From: Hyperthermus butylicus DSM 5456
GTDB lineage: Archaea > Thermoproteota > Thermoprotei_A > Sulfolobales > Pyrodictiaceae
Direction of reading: 5' to 3'
Assembly (NCBI RefSeq): GCF_000015145.1
Contig: NC_008818.1
Coordinates: 870,001-902,000, forward strand
DNA length: 32,000 nt
The notes under the pieces are model-generated. The model was not told the DNA's origin and did no database searches. It was given only the letters and a program-made list of their open reading frames with translations. This document shows positions 8,800 to 14,821 of this stretch, piece by piece (the stretch's first letter is position 1; each line of letters begins with the position of its first letter). Made by a program: the position numbers and the translations under genes.

Positions 8800-8949
8800 C
8801 TCCATCTGACAATAATAGTGCACGTCTATCCAACACTTGACTCGTATAACACACGGAATAATGACCATTAGCATGTGCTTGTATTTGTGAAGTCTCATTG
8901 CTACAAACTATTTATCAGGCAGAATCTTGCAGAGCCGTGGGGCGGTAGC

Positions 8950-11436
8950 TTGGCGGCAAAAGAGCCGAGTCTACAAGCTAGCCGAAACTTTAAACCGAAG
9001 ATAGAGGAGAAGAGGTGGTCGAAGGAGATAGAGCTGGAGCTTATAGAGAGATGGCGAGAGGAAGGACTATACGAGTTTGACCCGGCTAGGGAGGGCCCAA
9101 TACTTGTTATAGACACTCCCCCACCATATCCTAGCGGTAAGTGGCACGTTGGTGGTGCCGCACACTACGCACAGATAGACATGATCGCCCGCTATTTCCG
9201 CATGAAGGGTTGGAACGTGTTTGTCCCCTGGTATGCTGACCGCAATGGCCTACCCGTAGAGGTTGCCGTCGAAAAGAAGCATGGCATACTGGCACACGAG
9301 CTAGCCAGAACAAAGGAGGGCCGCATAAAGTTCCTCGAAATGTGCAGGAAGGAACTAGATCGCGTCGAGGAGGAGCTTGTGAGGATATGGACTAGGCTCG
9401 GCTGCAGCTTTACATACATCCGCGATGGTACGGATAGCCCCGAGTACCGAAAGATAACACAAGCAACATTCATCGAGCTGTGGAAGAAGGGGCTCATATA
9501 CGAGGATGAGAGGCCCGTAAACTGGTGTCCCAGATGTCGTACAACGCTCAGCGAGGCAGAAATAGAGCACCGGGATGAGGACGCATACCTCTACTACGTC
9601 AAGTGGCGCGTCAAGGAGACCGGCGAGGAGATCGTGATAGCGACGACAAGACCCGAACTTATAGGGGCTGCGAGGGCTGTCATCTACAACCCCCGCGATG
9701 AGCGCTACAAGAAGCTCAAGGGGCTACACGCAATAGTACCGATTTACGGCTATGAAGTACCAATACTCGAGCACCCCGCTGCAAAGCCCGAGTTTGGTAC
9801 AGGCCTAGTAATGATTAGCAGCTATGGCGACTGGACAGACGAGCAAATCATAAGGGAGTTAGGCCTCAAGCCCAAGGTGATAGTACAGCCGGACGGGACA
9901 ATGAGCGATGAGGCTGGCTTCCTCCGGGGGTTACTTGTTAGGGAAGCCCGTAGACGGATGGCTGAGGAGCTTGAGAAGCGGGGGCTACTGGTAAAGAAGG
10001 AGCAGATAAGACACAGAGTACCGATATGCTGGAGATGTAAGACTCCGATTGAGATCGTCCACGTTAAGGAGTATTTCCTCAAACAGTTAGAGTTTAAGGA
10101 GGAACTTAAGAAGCTCGTAGATAAGCTCCACTTTAGACCTGAAAAGCATAAGCAGAAGCTGCTAGACTGGATTGAGAGCCTTCGCATGGACTGGCCAATA
10201 TCCAGGACCCGGTTCTATGGCACCGAGATACCGTTATGGCATTGTAGGAGGTGTGGCGCCAAGCTAGTGCCCGAGCCAGGCCGCTACTACAGACCATGGC
10301 TTGAAGAACCACCATGGGACCGCTGTCCAGTCTGTGGCGCTCCCCGCGAGGAACTCGAGGGAGAAACGAGGATATTCGATACCTGGTTCGACTCGAGCAT
10401 CTCTGTGCTCTACGTATCGGGCTACCTCAGAAACCTAAAGCTCTTCGAACGGGTATACCCCAAGGATGAGGAGCTACCTTACACACTACGCCCCCAAGGC
10501 GTGGACATTATCCGTACATGGCTCTACTTTACACTGCTAAGAGTGTACCAGCTGCTGGGTAAGCCAGCATTCCGCTGGGTTAGAGTAACCGGTATGGGGC
10601 TCGACCCGAAGGGCAGGGCTATGCATAAGAGCCTTGGCAACGTTATAGACCCAGAACCATACATTGAAACGTATGGAGCTGAACCTTTCAGGTTCTGGGC
10701 TGCTGCCTCTGCAAAGCTGGGTGACGACTATAGGTTTAGCGAGCAGGTACTAAAGACGGGCAAACTGTTCCTCACTAAGCTCTGGAACATTGCCAGGTTC
10801 GTATCCAGCTTCCCCAAGCCAGAGAAGGACTACAAGCTGAGGCCAATAGACCTGGCATTCCTGGGCGCCCTAAATGATCTCATAAGACGTGTAGACTATA
10901 ACTACGGCGTCGAACTAGACGTACACCAGCCGATAACAGAGCTATACAACTTCACCTGGAACGTATTCGCAGCCCACTACATAGAGCTAGTCAAGTCCAG
11001 AGCCTACAATAGGGAGAGCAGGTTTAGTCCAGAGGAGCAGAGGGGAGCCTGGTACACACTACACTACATTCTCGACGCCCTGCTGAGAATGCTAGCACCA
11101 ATACTGCCATTCATAACTGATGCCATATACCGCCGGCTCTATGGTGAAAGTGTCCACAAACAGAGGTTCCCAGAACCGAACCCAGAGTGGGACACCAAGC
11201 ACAAGGATATGCTGGAGCACATAACGAGGTTTAACAGCGCCATATGGACATGGAAGAAGGAGCACAACATAAAGCTATCAGAACCCCTCAGAGACTACGT
11301 GATCTATGTCGACGAAAAATTTGCAGACTATATAGAGGATCTAGCAGAGCTACACCACGCTGAAATAGTCGTAGGCAAACCCGAGAAGTACGAGTATAAG
11401 CTAGCAGACGACATATACCTAGTAAAGAAGAGTTAG
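8950..11436 (+). CDS. valS: Valyl-tRNA synthetase (class I)
   Basis: Archaeal ValRS layout: 'IDTPPPYPSGKWHVGG', 'RPVNWCPRCRTTLSEAEIE', 'VIATTRPELIGAARAV', 'FGTGLVMISSYGDWTDE', 'DWPISRTRFYGTEIPLW' and 'GRAMHKSLGNVI'. The ORF opens at GTG 8875. I prefer TTG 8950 because a CTATTTATCA box sits at 8908-8917 and the conserved N-terminus starts near 'FKPKIEEKRW'. Confidence 0.85.
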   Translation: MAAKEPSLQASRNFKPKIEEKRWSKEIELELIERWREEGLYEFDPAREGPILVIDTPPPYPSGKWHVGGAAHYAQIDMIARYFRMKGWNVFVPWYADRNGLPVEVAVEKKHGILAHELARTKEGRIKFLEMCRKELDRVEEELVRIWTRLGCSFTYIRDGTDSPEYRKITQATFIELWKKGLIYEDERPVNWCPRCRTTLSEAEIEHRDEDAYLYYVKWRVKETGEEIVIATTRPELIGAARAVIYNPRDERYKKLKGLHAIVPIYGYEVPILEHPAAKPEFGTGLVMISSYGDWTDEQIIRELGLKPKVIVQPDGTMSDEAGFLRGLLVREARRRMAEELEKRGLLVKKEQIRHRVPICWRCKTPIEIVHVKEYFLKQLEFKEELKKLVDKLHFRPEKHKQKLLDWIESLRMDWPISRTRFYGTEIPLWHCRRCGAKLVPEPGRYYRPWLEEPPWDRCPVCGAPREELEGETRIFDTWFDSSISVLYVSGYLRNLKLFERVYPKDEELPYTLRPQGVDIIRTWLYFTLLRVYQLLGKPAFRWVRVTGMGLDPKGRAMHKSLGNVIDPEPYIETYGAEPFRFWAAASAKLGDDYRFSEQVLKTGKLFLTKLWNIARFVSSFPKPEKDYKLRPIDLAFLGALNDLIRRVDYNYGVELDVHQPITELYNFTWNVFAAHYIELVKSRAYNRESRFSPEEQRGAWYTLHYILDALLRMLAPILPFITDAIYRRLYGESVHKQRFPEPNPEWDTKHKDMLEHITRFNSAIWTWKKEHNIKLSEPLRDYVIYVDEKFADYIEDLAELHHAEIVVGKPEKYEYKLADDIYLVKKS

Positions 11437-11443
11437 CCTCAAC

Positions 11444-11506
11444 GGGGATGCTGAGCCCGGGAAGACTGAGCACCAAGACATGATGTATCGGATTTCGACT
11501 GACCCC
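11444..11506 (+). ncRNA. C/D-box sRNA candidate (2'-O-methylation guide)
   Basis: Layout: GGGG-AUGCUGA(C)-11 nt-CUGA(D')-10 nt-AUGAUGU(C')-12 nt-CUGA(D)-CCCC. It has canonical 11-12-nt guide spacing and a GGGG/CCCC terminal stem, and begins 8 nt after the valS stop. Caveat: the C box has C at position 4 where consensus RUGAUGA has A. Confidence 0.55.
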
Positions 11507-11715
11507 TACCAACATAGTTTAAACACAGCTCTACGTACAACTCATCTCCTGGACCCGCGACGCCCGGGGCGAGACCGCCCGTCCGGCGGCCCTATGACCC
11601 CGGGTCTCCCGGCCTTCAGAAGACCCTCCCCACTCGCCACAACCCATTCTACCGCGGTAGGGCTACAGCTGTAAACCTCGCAGCTTCCAGCTGTAGACTT
11701 CCTGGTGCAGCATGC

Positions 11716-12309
11716 ATGAACTACATGAAGCTGGAGAGGCTTGCAAAAATTGTTGAAGCGTTAAAGACTACGCCGAGAACAGGCTGGCTCCTAAGAGGAG
11801 TTTACCCAGCCATAGCTGAGACCATAGCTGCACACATGTATGAATCGGCTGTCCTAGCACTAATGCTTGGAGAGGAGCTGAGAAGCTGTGGCATAGAGGT
11901 TGACCCTCAGCACGCTGCAGCAGTTGCTATTGTCCACGACGCAGCCGAAGCAATAGTAGGTGATATTGTAAAGTACACCGCGGAGGCTATGGGTAAGGAG
12001 CTTAAGGAGAGAATCGAGGTCGAAGCCGCAAGGAAAGAGATACCGTCAGTGCTCCTCTTGAAACTGCTTGAGGAGTACGTGGCCCAGAACACCATGGAGT
12101 CAGAACTCGTAAAGATCGCTGAAATGCTATCAACACTAATCCAGTCCCTAAGATATATTCAGCACGGCTTCTCCAGCGTCAGCGAGATAGCCTGCTCCAC
12201 GGCACAAGGCATAGATAAGATACTTAATGGCGACATAAGGCTGGCCTGTCTACGCAAAACGCTTCAACGCTACATCGATATGGGACTAAGATACTGTAGC
12301 AAGAAGTAG
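11716..12309 (+). CDS. HD-domain metal-dependent phosphohydrolase (YfbR-like 5'-nucleotidase family)
   Basis: 197 aa. 'PRTGWLLRGV...ETIAAHMYESAVLALML' supplies the first histidine, and 'VHDAAEAIVGDI' supplies the HD dyad and downstream Asp. Confidence 0.8.
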   Translation: MNYMKLERLAKIVEALKTTPRTGWLLRGVYPAIAETIAAHMYESAVLALMLGEELRSCGIEVDPQHAAAVAIVHDAAEAIVGDIVKYTAEAMGKELKERIEVEAARKEIPSVLLLKLLEEYVAQNTMESELVKIAEMLSTLIQSLRYIQHGFSSVSEIACSTAQGIDKILNGDIRLACLRKTLQRYIDMGLRYCSKK

Positions 12310-12934
12310 CGCAAAGTAATACACAAGATAGCCATTAGGGCCTCTTACCCTTATTTAACAAAGAAAGATTCTACTTCAACATACTAACTGCCATAAGGCC
12401 GTGGCTCTCTCAGGGCATGCTATTGGCGCCTCAGGCGATATGGGCACGAGCATGTAGCTTAGCTCCCCTCTCCTGATACGATATGAGATTAAACAATGGT
12501 AGGGAATACAACCTGTAAGTAAGGCTATTCATAGGATGCATAGTGTCCTACCTGTGTACAAGGCTTAACAGAAAAGTTAGGCGATATGGTGTTTCTCCCA
12601 CTTGGGAACAGGCGATTAATCTAGGTGCTACAAGGGTTATCTCTCGTGCTAGTGCATCAGGAACATATGATACTTGGAATAAGCTGGAACATGCATTCAA
12701 GGAGTACAAGGGATCAGGGCTTTTTATCCACTGCAACTCCTCTAGTGTTAGCTCGTAGTCTGGGCCCCTAGGAGTATCTTAGGGTAGGATACGTGGTTGC
12801 CATCTTGAAACAAGTTATATAGAGGTATGAGCATTTCGCTTACAACATATAATATTCTACAAAACGTTAACCAGCATTGTATGATTATGGTTTTTCTTGT
12901 GGTAATGGCTTCAAGCAAGAATGTGGTTGTGGAG

Positions 12935-13594
12935 CTACGAGTTATTCGTCAGCTCGCTGGTGGTGGGATAGGTTGTGCTAACTCTTTCACCTTTAACGCC
13001 GTTTTCGACCCAGTATAGTACTTGGTGAGGGTCAGGTGTGTGTAGGGGTTCTCCTAACTCTCTTGCTAGAAGTGATAGGGCATATGCGAGTAATGGTACG
13101 CTGCCCCAGACACGTTTACCCATAATGCTTGCAAGTAAGCGTCGATACCTTTTTGCAAGGTATTTTGCTAGTTTGCGCCTAGCCTCGCTGGGCTCCGACG
13201 CGTATACTATCTTGCTCTTCACGGCTAGCCTAATACTGCCCCTCGTGAGCCCCCTTGGGGCCATGTAGACGTAGACTATGTCTGCTTGGGCATATTCATT
13301 CCCGGAGAGCCTTCCTACGAACCGGGCAAGCCGAGCTAGCCTCCTTGCAAGCTGCTGGGGTGAGGTAGGTCTTGATCTCTGGGTAGAAGCGTAGATGGCT
13401 ACTACGAGTGGATGCGAGCCAGGGAGATTAACAACTGCGACGTGAATTCGCCTATCGCCGCTAGAGTAAACGCGGATTGGGGTAAAAGACGGATCGATAC
13501 TGCTTCTTGCCACTGCAGCAATGCGCCTCGTAGCCCGGAGTACTGGGAGCAGCAGTTTGTTAGCAGTCTCCAGGGCTGCCAGCTGTCTATCCAT
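12935..13594 (-). CDS. Hypothetical Arg-rich orphan protein (219 aa)
   Basis: This is the only long ORF in the 12310-14040 stretch. It has an ATG start and more G+C than its flanks, but no motif I recognise. Confidence 0.45.
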   Translation of the reverse strand: MDRQLAALETANKLLLPVLRATRRIAAVARSSIDPSFTPIRVYSSGDRRIHVAVVNLPGSHPLVVAIYASTQRSRPTSPQQLARRLARLARFVGRLSGNEYAQADIVYVYMAPRGLTRGSIRLAVKSKIVYASEPSEARRKLAKYLAKRYRRLLASIMGKRVWGSVPLLAYALSLLARELGEPLHTPDPHQVLYWVENGVKGERVSTTYPTTSELTNNS

Positions 13595-13838
13595 ACCCTG
13601 TTACTCCCAACAACTGGGAAGAAGACGCTCCTGTAATAGAGAATTGTAGGCTGGTCCGTCTGGTCAGGAGAGAAACTGCGGTAAGTTGCACTGTGCCAGG
13701 TCAGGGTAGCACGTAGAACAGCAGTCATGGGACAGCCAAAACTTTATCCTGAATAGAGCTGGCTGCCAATTATTCAGGGTAGTCCGCGAGAAGCTAGGGT
13801 AACCTGACAGGCAACACAGCTAGGTGCTAATACCGGCT

Positions 13839-13908
13839 GTGATGAGTGGACCACGAGCTGAAACCCTCCAAGACCTGGAGGGTTTGTGAGGAAACCCTGC
13901 ATCGCTGA
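13839..13908 (+). ncRNA. C/D-box sRNA candidate with a stem-closed internal C'/D' motif
   Basis: Layout: GUGAUGA(C, 13839-13845)-12 nt-CUGA(D', 13858-13861)-24-nt spacer-GUGAGGA(C', 13886-13892)-12 nt-CUGA(D, 13905-13908). The spacer contains a perfect 9-bp hairpin, AACCCTCCA/TGGAGGGTT. All four boxes are at or within one mismatch of consensus, and both guides are exactly 12 nt. Confidence 0.7.
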
Positions 13909-14042
13909 GTACGCTTGTCTTTGTAGTTCCCTCTACGGAGTAGTGTAAGCCAAAATGATGGTCAAGGAATCGTCCGTATTGTTGTATATGTTGGGAGTAG
14001 GGATTAGCTGATGAGAAGAAGGATCAACCAGGTTGAGGGGAG

Positions 14043-14173
14043 GCGGCCCGATCCCGGCTTGGGGGAGCTGCGGGGCCTCGCGGACCCCACAGCTACCCCC
14101 AACGCGGCCGGCTTAACTTCCGGGTTCGAAGTGGGTCCGGGTGTTGCCCGGCCGCTATGGCCGGGTCGGGCCG
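14043..14173 (-). rRNA. rrf: 5S ribosomal RNA
   Basis: The minus strand reads GGCCCGACCCGGCCATAGCGGCCGGGCAACACCCGGACCCACTTCGAACCCGGAAGTTAAGCCGGCCGCGTTGGGGGTAGCTGTGGGGTCCGCGAGGCCCCGCAGCTCCCCCAAGCCGGGATCGGGCC. It contains the conserved archaeal 5S blocks (GGCAACACCCGGA...TTCGAACCCGGAAGTTAAGCC). Helix I forms between GGCCCGAcCCGGC and GCCGGGaTCGGGCC. The ends are accurate to about 3 nt. Confidence 0.9.
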
Positions 14174-14199
14174 TGTTGTAGCGCTATCCTCCCGGGCTG

Positions 14200-14209
14200 A
14201 TTTTTATTT
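14200..14209 (-). promoter_or_regulatory. 5S rRNA promoter TATA box (minus-strand AAATAAAAAT)
   Basis: An A/T box ends 27 nt upstream of the predicted 5S 5' end, which is the canonical archaeal spacing. It overlaps the stop codon region of the upstream zinc-ribbon ORF. Confidence 0.5.
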
Positions 14210-14530
14210 CTTTCTCCTCCTTTTCTTGAAAAGGGTCATTGATATGAGTTCGGATTCACCCTCCACGTATATTGCGTGTACTACCATTGGTTTGCCGCAG
14301 CGGGGACACATGGTTCCCTGGTCTACAAGGCCAACGTAATCTCCCTCCTTAAACCGCCGTGTCTTCTCGTAGCCGCAGCTCGAACATCGTAGTAGTGTTA
14401 TGGGTGTTACTTCGCTCTCTTCTTCGGGCTTCTTTAGCTTCAAAATGCTCAGTGTGGTGTATATTAGCAGTATTGTTGTTGAGAGTATGAATGCGAGGTA
14501 GAGGAGTTCTGCCAGCTGATTATCAATCAT
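14204..14530 (-). CDS. Membrane-anchored zinc-ribbon protein (108 aa), uncharacterised
   Basis: It has an N-terminal hydrophobic helix (LLYLAFILSTTILLIYTTLSIL). Two CxxC pairs follow (CSSC...CPRC), then a poly-basic tail (KKRRRKK). Confidence 0.6.
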   Translation of the reverse strand: MIDNQLAELLYLAFILSTTILLIYTTLSILKLKKPEEESEVTPITLLRCSSCGYEKTRRFKEGDYVGLVDQGTMCPRCGKPMVVHAIYVEGESELISMTLFKKRRRKK

Positions 14531-14554
14531 GGCCTATTCCACCTCTACGAGTTG

Positions 14555-14821
14555 TTATTGTGCGACTCCTATTGTGTTGCCTACACCGACGACTATGACG
14601 GTGTCGCCTGGCTTTGTTACTTCGAGGACTAGTTTTTTGACCCTCTCTACGGCCTTCTCCACACCTTCAACAATTTCCTTCTTCATTGCTGTTATCGCCT
14701 CTTCAACCCCCATCTTAATGGCTATGGCGTATAGTGGTATGTTGTGTTTTACCGCTATCCTCTCAATCCTTATCTTCTTCGGGGCCCGGATCGCCCATAG
14801 CCACGCCTGTACCTTCAGCAA
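14555..14821 (-). CDS. C-terminal fragment of a split conserved archaeal membrane-protein gene (DUF1512-like)
   Basis: The 88-aa ORF '...KKIRIERIAVKHNIPLYAIAIKMGVEEAITAM...TVIVVGVGNTIGVAQ' overlaps the upstream ORF by 59 nt in the +1 frame. It has no promoter of its own. See the frameshift finding. Confidence 0.55.
   Translation of the reverse strand: MLKVQAWLWAIRAPKKIRIERIAVKHNIPLYAIAIKMGVEEAITAMKKEIVEGVEKAVERVKKLVLEVTKPGDTVIVVGVGNTIGVAQ

Noticed and set aside
8640-8875. Replication-origin hypothesis for the A/T-rich half of the cren7-valS spacer (a DUE-like AT tract plus repeats).
   Set aside because: There are no ORB or mini-ORB-like repeats (TCCA-N-GGAAA type) in inverted pairs, and no orc1/cdc6 or whiP neighbour. 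The repeats are short (TCCAACA twice) and expected by chance.
11545-11665. Possible tRNA, perhaps intron-containing. Minus-strand GTGGCGAGTGG resembles a Ser/Leu tRNA D-arm, and TTCTGAA resembles an anticodon loop.
   Set aside because: I could not build an acceptor stem, D stem or T arm (no GGTTCRAATCC-like loop) on either strand. The implied intron would be only 8 nt, with no bulge-helix-bulge motif.
11480-11674. 64-aa ORF in the valS-HD spacer.
   Set aside because: The translation (RRPGRDRPSGGPMTPGLPAFRRPSP...) is a Pro/Arg/Gly artefact of a G+C-rich structured region. It overlaps the C/D sRNA candidate and the nested hairpins.
12433-12618. Direct repeat AGGCGATATGG at 12433 and 12579, plus AGGCGATTA at 12610.
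   Set aside because: Roughly one 11-nt exact repeat pair within 200 nt is expected by chance in a 32-kb window. I see no supporting symmetry or context.
13955-14011. Second C/D-like arrangement: ATGATGG at 13955-13961 and CTGA at 14008-14011.
   Set aside because: The internal D' (CCGT) and C' (TGTTGGG) are unrecognisable and the C box is imperfect. Box spacing alone is not significant.
14020-14032. Minus-strand CCTGGTTGATCCT just after the 5S 3' end resembles the universal 16S 5' end (CCGGTTGATCCTGCC).
   Set aside because: Only 10 contiguous nt match (12 of 15 overall), and no further 16S sequence follows. A specific 10-mer is expected about 0.06 times in 32 kb on both strands, so this is suggestive by location only. 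I cannot support a function.
14157-14339. 60-aa plus-strand ORF.
   Set aside because: It overlaps the 5S rRNA 5' end and promoter, and runs antisense to the zinc-ribbon ORF.
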